Below are positions 28,926 through 38,381 of a DNA stretch of 64,000 bases, in pieces (positions within the stretch are counted from its first letter, which is position 1; the number at the start of each line of letters is the position of its first letter). The stretch comes from Clostridia bacterium. Its GTDB lineage: Bacteria > Bacillota > Clostridia > Christensenellales > Borkfalkiaceae. The stretch covers positions 2,152 to 66,151 of the forward strand of contig JAFYWI010000002.1 of the NCBI GenBank assembly GCA_017558105.1, read 5' to 3'. Under the pieces are notes generated by a model. It did not search any database, was not told where the DNA came from, and saw nothing but the letters and a program-made list of their open reading frames with translations. The position numbers and the translations under genes are program-made.

Positions 28926-29785
28926 ATAGTTTTGTCCTTTAAGTAGCCTTCTAAATTGTCTCCTTCACTAATGGTTAGTTGGTCTAATCCCAATCTTTCC
29001 ATTATAAAGCATAATATTGCTACGCCACTAGAAATTGTTTCTATTCTTTTTTCTTGTAAACCTATTATGTTTTTTCTTTCTTCTAAACTTAAAGAATAAA
29101 GTTTTTTCTTTAAACTTAAAAGGTTTTGTTTTTCTATTACGTAGCCGTGGGTTTTATTAGGGTCGTAAACCTTTAACTTAAGTAAAATGGCACAAGCGCT
29201 TAGCGCAGAGCCACCAATAGCAGTAAATTTCTTTTCTTCTAACCCACCTAAAGCCAAAAAAACGTTGTTTAAGTATTCTTGGGCTTTTTTTTCTTTTTGC
29301 CCCGCAACGTTGGTTAAACTTACGCAACCTATATTAAAACTTTTTAAGTAGGTAATTTTGCCGTTTTTTTGCACCACTATTTCAGTGCTTGCGCCACCAA
29401 CGTCTATTAACCCACCATTATTCCCACCTAGCCCACCTAATATTCCTAAATAGGCTTCTTTTTCGCCAGAAACTACGTCTATTTCAATTCCACACAAGTT
29501 TTTGCACATAGCCAAAAACTCTTGCTTGTTTTTTGCGTTTCTAACGGCTGCCGTTGCAAACGCCCAAATATTATTTATGCCAAGGGCTTTTGCTCTTTTA
29601 ACAAAAAAAGAAACGGCCTTGGCACTTCTTTCCATTGGTGTGGTTTGCAAAATTAAATTTTCGCCCATTCCCTCTGCTAAACGAGTTGTTAAAACTTCTT
29701 TGTTATGGTTTTTTCCGTTTATACTTACCATTAACCTTACAGAGTTAGAGCCTATATCTATAACTGCAAATTTATTCATTTTCAT
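28922..29785 (-). CDS. Ppx/GppA-family phosphatase
   Basis: 287 aa with FAVIDIGSNSVRLMV and IDVGGASTE (ASKHA fold). A 4-nt overlap couples it to the downstream protease gene. Confidence 0.8.
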   Translation of the reverse strand: MKMNKFAVIDIGSNSVRLMVSINGKNHNKEVLTTRLAEGMGENLILQTTPMERSAKAVSFFVKRAKALGINNIWAFATAAVRNAKNKQEFLAMCKNLCGIEIDVVSGEKEAYLGILGGLGGNNGGLIDVGGASTEIVVQKNGKITYLKSFNIGCVSLTNVAGQKEKKAQEYLNNVFLALGGLEEKKFTAIGGSALSACAILLKLKVYDPNKTHGYVIEKQNLLSLKKKLYSLSLEERKNIIGLQEKRIETISSGVAILCFIMERLGLDQLTISEGDNLEGYLKDKTI

Positions 29786-29786
29786 T

Positions 29787-30125
29787 TTATTTTACTGGTT
29801 TCATAAATTCTTCGCCAATTCTATCGTTTTCAAACCAATAGCCCAATTCATGAGCCCTTTTTATAATCCATTCTTCGTCGGCCACTCTCTCTTCATACTC
29901 TGAGCCTTCTTCAAGGCGTTGTTCGTAATATTGTATTTTTGAAATTAATTCGTCGTATTTATTCTTCGTAACAATTATTGCAACAACTTGGTAAATTAAA
30001 AGAGCAAGTAAAACGATAAGCAAAACTATTGCGCCAACCTTTAGCGCATTGTGTACTCTTTTAGATTTTTCAGTTTGCGTTTGCCCTGCGTTTTCTTCTT
30101 GCAAGGTGTTTTTTTCTTCTGCCAT
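29787..30125 (-). CDS. divIC: Septum formation initiator (DivIC/FtsB family)
   Basis: 112 aa with one TM, a coiled coil and IIKRAHELGY near the C-terminus. It follows yabP-yabQ as in Bacillus. Confidence 0.65.
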   Translation of the reverse strand: MAEEKNTLQEENAGQTQTEKSKRVHNALKVGAIVLLIVLLALLIYQVVAIIVTKNKYDELISKIQYYEQRLEEGSEYEERVADEEWIIKRAHELGYWFENDRIGEEFMKPVK

Positions 30126-30465
30126 TTAATTTCCTTAGTTTTTCTTTTATTCGTTTATCTATTATATTATAAATCTTTTTAATGAATTTTGCAAGTATTA
30201 TATTAAAACTTTTAGCCGAAATAAAAAGTCCTATTAAAACCCCTGCCAACATATACACTCTTATCGATGGAAAATGCAAATTAAAAGAATAGTAAAAATA
30301 ACTAACCGATAACAGCACGAAAAAAGCAAGGTCTAATAGTATATTTAACCATTTAACCTTAAACTGCTTAAAAAGTATTATCGGTAAATAAAAAATACCC
30401 CAAATTGCGCCGAAAGATACGCATGCTAAAAATATGTAAAACTGCCCGTTTGAAATAAAGTTCAC
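30070..30465 (-). CDS. yabQ: Spore cortex biosynthesis protein YabQ
   Basis: 131 aa with four hydrophobic helices, directly after yabP (4-nt overlap). Its basic tail overlaps the divIC start by 56 nt. Confidence 0.65.
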   Translation of the reverse strand: MNFISNGQFYIFLACVSFGAIWGIFYLPIILFKQFKVKWLNILLDLAFFVLLSVSYFYYSFNLHFPSIRVYMLAGVLIGLFISAKSFNIILAKFIKKIYNIIDKRIKEKLRKLNGRRKKHLARRKRRANAN

Positions 30466-30722
30466 TTAAACAACCTTTTTAATAACGGCTGTTTTTTATG
30501 GTTATATTTAACTTCTAAAAAATTTCCGTCTGCCGTAAGATTGCCGTTTGCTTTGTTAAAGGCAGTAATTTTTATATTTTCGCCCGTAACTAAAAGGGTG
30601 CTTCCACTTACCGTTAATTTAAGCCATTGCGAAGTAAACCCGTCTACACTTTCTACGTTGGAAACGGAAAGTTTTTTTCTTCCTTCTATAAGTACTTTTT
30701 CTACGTTTATATTTTCTTGCAT
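30462..30722 (-). CDS. yabP: Sporulation protein YabP
   Basis: 86 aa with the pattern KLSVSNVESVDGF...LTVSGSTLLVTGENIKI. Confidence 0.75.
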   Translation of the reverse strand: MQENINVEKVLIEGRKKLSVSNVESVDGFTSQWLKLTVSGSTLLVTGENIKITAFNKANGNLTADGNFLEVKYNHKKQPLLKRLFK

Positions 30723-30844
30723 AATTACCCCCTACTCTACTAATAGACTATGCTAAAAAAATATTTTTACAACTAATTGTGTTAATTTGCTTGCTTTATG
30801 AAAAAAATTTGTTAGTATATACGGGTAATTAAGACTAGATGAAG

Positions 30845-31010
30845 TTTATGGAAAAAGCGTTTGCTACCGAAGAAGTAAAACTTTCAGGTGCCTAACTTTA
30901 GGCGAAGACCATAAATGGATAGCGTTCTGGAGAATCTCAAAATCATTGAGTACCGAAGGTGCAAAGGCTTTATATAAACAAGCCTAATCTCTCAGGTAAA
31001 AGGACAGAAT
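30845..31010 (+). promoter_or_regulatory. Tandem glycine riboswitch
   Basis: Aptamer 2: CUGGAGAA...ACCGAAGGUGCAA...CUCAGGUAAAAGGACAG. Aptamer 1 is weaker: GGAAAA...ACCGAAGAAGUAA...UUCAGGUG. It lies upstream of a sodium:alanine/glycine symporter. Confidence 0.8.
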
Positions 31011-31098
31011 TCACTTTTTTTGCGTGGAATTTTTGTAACTCACAATGTTTTAGGTTAAACGGAACGTTTAGCTTATTTTTTTATTTTAAGGAGTTACT

Positions 31099-32547
31099 AT
31101 GGAAGCACTTACAAAATTTATTGCAACTGTTAACAGTTATCTTGCAGACTACGTTTTAATAATTCTGCTAATTGGTTTAGGCGTATTTTTTACTATTAAA
31201 ACACGTTTTGTTCAAATTAGATGTTTTGGCGAAGGGTTTAGAAAGGTTTTTGGTAATCTTTCGTTAAAAGGTAAAAAAGAAAAGGGTCAAATGTCTTCTT
31301 TCCAAGCCTTTGCAACAGCCGTTGCCGCACAAGTTGGTACGGGCAACATCATAGGCGCAAGCGCCGCTATTTTAGCCGGTGGTCCAGGTGCTGTTTTTTG
31401 GATGTGGCTAATTGCCTTTTTAGGTATGGCTACCAACTATTCCGAAGCAGTTTTAGCACAACGCACCAAAAGCAAAGATGAAAACGGCTTTATTCAAGGT
31501 GGCCCAGTTTACTACATAAAAACGGCTTTTAATAATAAGTTTGGTAAGGTTTTATCTATATTCTTTGCTATTGCCACTATTGTTGCGCTAGGGTTTATTG
31601 GCTCTATGGTTCAATCTAATTCTATTGGCGAAGCAGTTTATAACGCAACTGGTATTCCTACCTACGTAGTTGGTATTATAGTAACCGTTTTGGCAGGAAT
31701 TATTTTTATTGGTGGCATTTCTAGGTTAGCCTCTGTTACCGAAAAGTTCGTACCTATTATGACCGTTTTATATTTATTAGGTGGCATAATTGTTCTTTGC
31801 TGTAGAGTTACTTTTATTCCAGAAGCGCTTGGTATGATATTTAAATTTGCATTTACTCCTAACGCAGTTATTGGTGGTAGCATTGGCGCAGCGCTAAAAA
31901 CGGCTATTAGCCAAGGCGCAAAACGTGGATTGTTTTCTAACGAAGCCGGTATGGGTTCTACACCACACGCACACGCTCTTGCAAACGTAAAAACCCCACA
32001 CGAACAAGGCGTAACGGCTATGGTTGGTGTTTTTATAGACACGTTTATAGTATTAACCCTTACCGCTCTTGTAATAATTTCTACTCTATACGCAGGAAAC
32101 GGCCCACTTATGAACGGCAATCCAACCGAGTTAGATAAATCTAATATGCTTGCAAATGGTATTGCTGCCATTTTTACCAACGGAAGCATTGGTTTACAAA
32201 TTGGTTCTATTTTCGTTGCCGTTTGCCTAACTTTCTTTGCTTTTTCAACCATTATTAGTTGGAACTTGTTTGGCAAAATTAACTTTAACTACGTATTTGG
32301 TAAAAAATCTACTATAGTTTATTCAATATTGTCGTTAGTATTTATTTTATTAGGTTCTTTCCTTAAAAACGATTTAGTTTGGGAATTAACCGACTTCTTT
32401 AATTATTTAATGGTTTTACCTAACGCATTGGCGTTAATTGCCCTTTCTAACCTTGTTAAAGATGAAATTAACAAAAGAGATATACGCAAGAAAAAAGGTT
32501 TATTAAACAAGGCAGGAGAACCTTTATACGACGTAGACAAAGAATAA
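31099..32547 (+). CDS. agcS: Sodium:alanine (glycine/alanine) symporter, AGCS family
   Basis: 482 aa with FQAFATAVAAQVGTGNIIG and KRGLFSNEAGMGS motifs. RBS is aaggag. Confidence 0.9.
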   Translation: MEALTKFIATVNSYLADYVLIILLIGLGVFFTIKTRFVQIRCFGEGFRKVFGNLSLKGKKEKGQMSSFQAFATAVAAQVGTGNIIGASAAILAGGPGAVFWMWLIAFLGMATNYSEAVLAQRTKSKDENGFIQGGPVYYIKTAFNNKFGKVLSIFFAIATIVALGFIGSMVQSNSIGEAVYNATGIPTYVVGIIVTVLAGIIFIGGISRLASVTEKFVPIMTVLYLLGGIIVLCCRVTFIPEALGMIFKFAFTPNAVIGGSIGAALKTAISQGAKRGLFSNEAGMGSTPHAHALANVKTPHEQGVTAMVGVFIDTFIVLTLTALVIISTLYAGNGPLMNGNPTELDKSNMLANGIAAIFTNGSIGLQIGSIFVAVCLTFFAFSTIISWNLFGKINFNYVFGKKSTIVYSILSLVFILLGSFLKNDLVWELTDFFNYLMVLPNALALIALSNLVKDEINKRDIRKKKGLLNKAGEPLYDVDKE

Positions 32548-32561
32548 TTTAATTACAAACT

Positions 32562-32596
32562 AAAAACACGCTAAAATTTTTTAGCGTGTTTTATTT
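32562..32596. terminator. Terminator after agcS
   Basis: acacgctaa-N6-ttagcgtgt followed by a T-rich tract. Confidence 0.7.
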
Positions 32597-32631
32597 TATG
32601 TTTTTATTCTATCTTTTAGAAAATTCGCAAC

Positions 32632-33225
32632 CTATCTTTTAGAAAATTCACAACCACAATAGTTTTGCCTATATAAGCCGTACTCTTTAGAAAGTTCTAT
32701 ACTTCTAATATAGCCGTTTTGTTTTTTGAAATCTGCATATAAAAATTTAACCTTTTTTTCTTTTGCAATTTCAAAGCCAATTTCGTTTAATAGCGCGCTA
32801 TTTTTTAACGGGCTTACAGAAAGAGTAGTTGTAAAAAATTCGTAGCCGTTGTTAGAAGCAAACTCTGCCGTTTTATTTAACCTTAAATTAAAACAAAGTT
32901 TACACCTACTACCACCTTCAACTTCTTTTTCATAACCTTTTACGCAATTTAAAAATTGCTCTTTTAGGTGTTGTTCCCCAAAAAAATTAACCCCTAAAAG
33001 TTCACATAACCTTTTTTGTTCGTTAAACCTTAGTTGGTATTCTTCTAAACTATCTATATTAGGGTTATAATAATAAACGGTTATTTCAAAATAAGGTTTT
33101 AGCCTTTCTATTACAGAACTTGAACAAGGGGCGCAACAACTATGCAACAATAAGGTTGGTTTTTTCTTTTCTTTTTGTAATTGCAAAATTATATTTTGCA
33201 TTTCTTTATTATAATTTTTCACCAT
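32632..33225 (-). CDS. queH: Epoxyqueuosine reductase QueH (DUF208)
   Basis: 197 aa with LLLHSCCAPCSS...YYYNPNI...CxxC...YCGCEFS. Confidence 0.85.
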   Translation of the reverse strand: MVKNYNKEMQNIILQLQKEKKKPTLLLHSCCAPCSSSVIERLKPYFEITVYYYNPNIDSLEEYQLRFNEQKRLCELLGVNFFGEQHLKEQFLNCVKGYEKEVEGGSRCKLCFNLRLNKTAEFASNNGYEFFTTTLSVSPLKNSALLNEIGFEIAKEKKVKFLYADFKKQNGYIRSIELSKEYGLYRQNYCGCEFSKR

Positions 33226-33923
33226 TATATTTCACTTTTAACTATTTTTCCATTTTCGTTGGTCATTAAATAAGCTTTGCCACCAGCAGAAATACTTTTA
33301 GTTAATTTGCCGTTAATAAATTCTAAAGCGCAGTCGTTTTCTACGCAATAGGCACTTTTAATTCCTTTTTTAATAAAGGCTTTAGTAAAATCTTCTTCTC
33401 TTTCGTTAAAGTGTGGGCACATTGTTCCATCTAACACGCCTAATCCTTTTTTCATAACGTAATCTGCACTTTGCCCACGCATAATTTCGTAGTCTGTGTA
33501 CATATCGTTAAACCAACAAATTGCACCTGCAGAAAGCCCACAAATTATTTTACCCTTATTATAAGCATCTATAATAAGTTTATCTAACCCTACTTCGCGC
33601 CATTTTTCTAACATATACACCGTGTCGCCACCACCTATGTAAATGCAGTCTGCCATATCTATTTTCCCTGCGATTTTTTCTATATTCATTTCGCCGTAGA
33701 CTATTAGCGCAACTTCTGCCTTAATATCGAAAACAGAAGTGTAAGTTTTTCTAAAACTATTAAAGTAAGGCATTGAATCGTGAGAGGCAGTGCCTATAAA
33801 CAAAGCGTTAGCGCGTTTATCTTTTGCGTGAATTTTGGCTTTTTCTGCCACGTATTTATCTATTTCTAACGTGGTTTTATTTTTTATTTCGCCACCACCA
33901 ATGGCTATAATAATTTTTTCCAT
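33225..33923 (-). CDS. Peptidase S51 (dipeptidase E-like) family protein
   Basis: 232 aa with IIAIGGGE, IYIGGGDT and GLSAGAICW (nucleophile Ser). Confidence 0.7.
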   Translation of the reverse strand: MEKIIIAIGGGEIKNKTTLEIDKYVAEKAKIHAKDKRANALFIGTASHDSMPYFNSFRKTYTSVFDIKAEVALIVYGEMNIEKIAGKIDMADCIYIGGGDTVYMLEKWREVGLDKLIIDAYNKGKIICGLSAGAICWFNDMYTDYEIMRGQSADYVMKKGLGVLDGTMCPHFNEREEDFTKAFIKKGIKSAYCVENDCALEFINGKLTKSISAGGKAYLMTNENGKIVKSEI

Positions 33924-33997
33924 AAGTTCCTTAAAATATTAATACTATAAAAAAGGTTAGACTTATTTGCCCAACCTTTTAATTTAATTTATTTTTA

Positions 33998-34690
33998 TTA
34001 CATTTCCGTGTAGTAGTTGCAACCCAAGTCTTTTTTCTTTTTGTACTTTGTAAATACAGAACCTAAAATATTAACGCCGTTTTTACGAAGTTCTTTAACT
34101 GCAATTTCTACTTTTTCTTTTTTGGTTTCGCCGTGCGCTACTAAGAAAATTGCGCCGTCTACTAAGAAAGATAAGTTAATATAGTCGGAAGAAGTTAGAA
34201 TTGGTGCGCTGTTAATTAAACAAAAATCGAATTCATTTTTTAATTCTTCTACTAGTTTTTTAAACTTTTCAGAAACTATTACGGAAGTTGTGCTAGTAAT
34301 ATCTATTTCCCCGTTAGTTATAACTGAAACGTTTTGATATTCCGTTTGTTTAACAACTGCCTTTTTTTCTGCAGAAGACAACGCGTATTCTCTAATGCCG
34401 TTTGCTTTTTCTACGTTTAAGAAGTGTTGGATTTTAGGGCTTGCAAAATCTAAGTCTATAACAACTACTTTTTTACCTATTTCACCAAGGCTAACTGCCA
34501 AATTGCTAGTGGTTAAAGCCTTGTTTTCGTTAGCGTTGGCAGAAGCAATTTGAATTACTTTTATTTTGCCATTTTCGCTAAAGTGTAAAACGTTATCTCT
34601 TAGCCTATTATATAGGCTTGAACCTTTTTCTACCGGTTGATTTACTATTTCTTGCTTATTCTTTTTACCAAAAAACATATTTTTCACCAT
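33998..34690 (-). CDS. CpsD/CapB (BY-kinase)-like P-loop protein with degenerate Walker motifs
   Basis: Overall BY-kinase layout. Walker A region reads IASANANENKALTTSNLA, A' reads VVVIDLDFASP and B reads CLINSAP. The start is uncertain (ATG 34690, 34678 or 34741). Confidence 0.55.
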   Translation of the reverse strand: MVKNMFFGKKNKQEIVNQPVEKGSSLYNRLRDNVLHFSENGKIKVIQIASANANENKALTTSNLAVSLGEIGKKVVVIDLDFASPKIQHFLNVEKANGIREYALSSAEKKAVVKQTEYQNVSVITNGEIDITSTTSVIVSEKFKKLVEELKNEFDFCLINSAPILTSSDYINLSFLVDGAIFLVAHGETKKEKVEIAVKELRKNGVNILGSVFTKYKKKKDLGCNYYTEM

Positions 34691-34767
34691 TTTATAGTTT
34701 AATTTTAAATATATTATACAATACTTGGTAAAAAAAATCAATACGAAATATAATTTTTTTTGTTATT

Positions 34768-35274
34768 TTACCCTTGTAATTTGCCTAAAAGTTGTTTAAG
34801 TGCGTGAACGTGCAAGTTTTCATCTAATATAATTCTAGAAATTATTGCACTAATTTTTTCATCTTGTATTTTTTCTAACATATCTTCATAGTCGCTTATG
34901 GCAAGCATTTCGCCTGCAATATCGTCTAAAAGCATTTTGTTTGGAGTTTTGCTATAAGACACGCAAGAAGTGTTGTAAAACTGAAAACCAAACGGTGTGT
35001 TTATTCCGTAAGCGCTATCTAACCCTAACCTATTAAGAAGTTCTGCAAGAATATGTAAATGTTCCATTTCGGCTAACGCAATAGAAATTAAAACTTCTGC
35101 GTATTCTACCATATCTAACCGATTAAAATATAGCGCGTGAAATTGATATTGCAAAATTGCCGTTAGTTCGCTATGCTTCGTTGAGTACGCTGGTGCTATT
35201 ATTTGCGCATAAATATAATTTGGCGTAATTTCTTCCATTTTAGGGTATGGTAAATCTACGGCTAAAGGTTTCAT
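34768..35274 (-). CDS. Ferritin-like / Mn-catalase-family (CotJC-like) protein
   Basis: 168 aa with HSELTAILQYQFHALY and ALAEMEHLHILAELL di-metal-type helices. Confidence 0.5.
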   Translation of the reverse strand: MKPLAVDLPYPKMEEITPNYIYAQIIAPAYSTKHSELTAILQYQFHALYFNRLDMVEYAEVLISIALAEMEHLHILAELLNRLGLDSAYGINTPFGFQFYNTSCVSYSKTPNKMLLDDIAGEMLAISDYEDMLEKIQDEKISAIISRIILDENLHVHALKQLLGKLQG

Positions 35275-35375
35275 AGTTATCCCCCGTTGTTTTTATTTAT
35301 AACTATGAAAAAAAGGCACCTTATTGTGAAAGATGCTTTTTAAAGGTTTCGTTTACAATATTTACGTAGTATAAT

Positions 35376-36649
35376 TTAACCTAATAATTTTTTTTCTTTT
35401 TTCATTATAATAAGCGTTAAAGTTATTACCACTAAAGAAAGTAATGCTAATGTTATAAACAAAATTGGCCAACCAAACGCTTCAAATACTAAACTTGAAA
35501 GTGTTGGCGCTACACCCGCCGCAATAGATGCACACCCGTTTAGCACATAAGTAAAATTGCCTGGCTCTATAACGTCCCTTATTTTATAAGTCATTACGCT
35601 ATTGTACGGCAAACTTGCCATTTTTGCGCCAGACAATAATAAGCTTGAAAAAACTACGACTGCAACGGTGTTTTCGTATAAAAAAGTTAATGCTATGCTT
35701 GATGTTATCACTAACACAATTAAGCCTATTGCTAATGCATACATACGTTTCGTTTGCATAAACAAGTTTATGCCATATATGGACGCCCCACCAACTAAAA
35801 AAGCAACTATTGTTGAAACTAGCGGGGAATACACTTTACTAATTCCATTTCCATTATTATATAGTAACGTTGGCACCCAGTTGTTGAACGCATAATAAAC
35901 TATGTATGCCAGAAGATATACTAAAGACACTATTAATATAAAAGAAAGCATCCCTTTTCTTCCTTTTAGCGACGCTTTTGGTGCGTTGTAATCTGCTTGG
36001 TGTGGTTCGTGATGTTCGTCTTCTATTTCTTCTTTTAAGGCGTGAATTTTTTTGTTAAAATTGGCATACCAATAAAAAAAGCTAAACAAGTAGCGCCCAT
36101 TAGCACCCCTGCTAAAACAAATGCTAAATCCCACCTGTTAATAGCAGTAAATATAGCCGCAATGCCATAGCAAATAGCCAAAGAAAAACCGATACAAAAC
36201 GATATAGCTTTAACCCCTGAAAAATAATATTTTTTAGAAAGGTGTTTATTGTAAATACTAACTACCCCACCATAAACACCTGCTTGAGCTAACCCGTTTA
36301 GTGTAAATATAATAAAAATATGTAATATGTTTCCATATAGTTTACCTAGTACGCCAATTAAAATGGTAAGTATAGAAGATATTCCTAAAGATATAGTTAA
36401 AAACTTTCTTAAATCTATTTTATGAGCGAAAAATATCAACAAAAACTGCATTAACGCATAAACAACGTAATAAAACAAGTTTGCCAAACTTAACGTAGAG
36501 TCTTTCATTTGAAAAACCATTTTAATTTCTACTATTTCCGCCGTAAATATTTGTTTTGAAATCATCATAGCCAAAAACAAAGCTACACCCAATGCAACCA
36601 ACCATTTTTGATAGGTTCCATGTCTTTTTTCTGCTATAGACATTTTCAT
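35376..36649 (-). pseudogene. MFS transporter split by a frameshift in a homopolymer
   Basis: Two overlapping ORFs (36035-36649 and 35376-36134), each with about 6 TM helices. The frames meet at a coding-strand A7 run (plus-strand T7 at 36047-36053), and one extra A would give ...PILTKKIHALKEEIE.... Confidence 0.65.
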
Positions 36650-36770
36650 TTTTCCTTTCCTTTTGGTTTTTACCTTAAAATACTCTTGTGATTTCGCACT
36701 CTTTATCTTTATACGATTATTGTTGTTTTATATCTTTAAATATTCGCAAATTTCGTAAATTTTTAGTCAT

Positions 36771-37391
36771 TTATCTTTTCCATTGAAGATTATAATGAAT
36801 GTCGTCTGCCTTTTCTTCTTCTGTATATTTTCTTAAAGTGTTAACTGGTTTGCCGTCGTTATACTTTCTGTCGTTAACTGCTTCGGCTGTACCCATAACG
36901 GTTACGTTTAATTGACGTCTTCTTGCTCTAACTTGGTCCCAGTCAATAAAGTAAACGTGAGCAAATTCACCACCGTCTAAAACGCCGTCTTTAATAGTCA
37001 TTGTTTCGCTTCTGCCAAAGAAACAAGAACGTAAGTGACCGTCTGTATTTAAAGAAGTGAAGTCGCCTGGTTCGTTAACGAATCTACCAAATTGTGTGTG
37101 AATTGGACCTGGGTGCATATATTCGTTTGTTTCAGAATAATCTGGAATAAACTTTTGCATAATTTTTAATAGGTCGTGTTGTAAATATTCTAAATCGTAC
37201 TTATCTAAGTCGTGAGAACATTCTTGAATCATAACAGAACAAGTTGTGTGGTGAGAAGCAATGGTTACTGTACCATTTTTAATACCAGATTCTTCTACGA
37301 TATGTAAAATATCGCTTGTAACGTCGTGGAAAGTTGGTCTCCAACCCCTAGATTGTAATTCGATTTCTTTTTGAAAAACTTTAAATTCCAT
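36771..37391 (-). CDS. YjbQ/UPF0047-family protein (long form)
   Basis: 206 aa with FHDVTSDI...NGTVTIASHHTTCSVMIQE. RBS is aaaaggag. Confidence 0.7.
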   Translation of the reverse strand: MEFKVFQKEIELQSRGWRPTFHDVTSDILHIVEESGIKNGTVTIASHHTTCSVMIQECSHDLDKYDLEYLQHDLLKIMQKFIPDYSETNEYMHPGPIHTQFGRFVNEPGDFTSLNTDGHLRSCFFGRSETMTIKDGVLDGGEFAHVYFIDWDQVRARRRQLNVTVMGTAEAVNDRKYNDGKPVNTLRKYTEEEKADDIHYNLQWKR

Positions 37392-37414
37392 AATTTTTCT
37401 CCTTTTTTAGTTTT

Positions 37415-37543
37415 TTATTTTATTTTATATTTTTTTGCTAATTTTTGTAGCCCTTTTGCCATTTTTGCTAACGTTTCGCCATACATATAACATTTTGGGC
37501 CATGTTCAAAAAATGGTTCGCTAATTTTATAATCTTTAACCAT
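37415..37543 (-). CDS. Possible 42-aa small protein between the SIS and YjbQ genes
   Basis: MVKDYKISEPFFEHGPKCYMYGETLAKMAKGLQKLAKKYKIK*. It fills the otherwise empty 160-nt gap on the same strand, but the RBS is weak. Confidence 0.25.
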   Translation of the reverse strand: MVKDYKISEPFFEHGPKCYMYGETLAKMAKGLQKLAKKYKIK

Positions 37544-37554
37544 AATGTTTCTCT

Positions 37555-38151
37555 TTATTTTTTATTTAATCTTTCGCCAACTGCTCCACCTGGATGAATT
37601 AATGCAAATTGTTCGTTCTTAAAGCCCGTTTCTTCAATTAGGGCTGTTTGTAAAGCGTGGAATATCATACATAGTGCCGTGGTTGAAGTTGTGCCTTGAG
37701 AATTATATTTATCTGTTTCTCTGTTAACGTATTGTTTAATAACAACGTCTGCCCCAAGTGCTAAAGGAGATTCTAAATTTTCAGTAACCGTAATTACTTT
37801 TACTTTTTTTGTTTTACAAATGTCTAAAATAGGTAAAAGTTCTTTAGTTTTGCCCCCGCGAGATGCAAAAACCATTACGTCGCCTTCTTGTAAAAAACCC
37901 GTTGCGCCGTGAACGGCTTCTGCAGGAGAAATAAACCTTGCAGGTTGTTCTATACAACAAAGTAGGTGTGCTAAGTGTTGGCAAATAATGCCAGAATGCC
38001 CACAACCACAAGTTCCTATTCTATTTGCGTTTTTTAATAGTTCTACTGCGTTAGAAAATTGTTCTTCATCTAAATAATTTAGCATTTCGCTAATACATTC
38101 TGCTTCAATTTTGTACGCTTCTTTTACCGCCGTTAAACTTTCTTTTTTCAT
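37555..38151 (-). CDS. SIS-domain sugar-phosphate isomerase/binding protein
   Basis: 198 aa with RIGTCGCGHSG...VMVFASRGGKTKE...VITVTEN. Confidence 0.75.
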   Translation of the reverse strand: MKKESLTAVKEAYKIEAECISEMLNYLDEEQFSNAVELLKNANRIGTCGCGHSGIICQHLAHLLCCIEQPARFISPAEAVHGATGFLQEGDVMVFASRGGKTKELLPILDICKTKKVKVITVTENLESPLALGADVVIKQYVNRETDKYNSQGTTSTTALCMIFHALQTALIEETGFKNEQFALIHPGGAVGERLNKK

Positions 38152-38381
38152 AAAACACCTTTTTGCAAAAAACTTTTTTAATCATATACAAAATTAATTA
38201 TAACATTTATAAAAATAAAAGCAACCTTTTTAACTAACTTATTTTATAAATTTTTGAACAAATTTTATAAATAACGAAAAATAAATTATTTAATTTTATG
38301 TTGATTTTGTTTTACTTTAGTGATATAATACTTTCGTTAAATTTTTTTAACGATTTTTACATTTTTAAGGAGTTGAATTTT

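Noticed and set aside
30070-30125. The 56-nt yabQ/divIC overlap as evidence of a frameshift
   Set aside because: Both ORFs are complete with plausible starts, and the basic yabQ tail may be genuine. The evidence is insufficient to call a pseudogene.
30959-31159. 66-aa ORF upstream of agcS
   Set aside because: It overlaps the glycine riboswitch aptamer 2 and its expression platform and has no RBS.
34768-35274. Calling the ferritin-like gene cotJC
   Set aside because: No cotJA or cotJB partners are adjacent, and the resemblance is limited to di-metal helix motifs.
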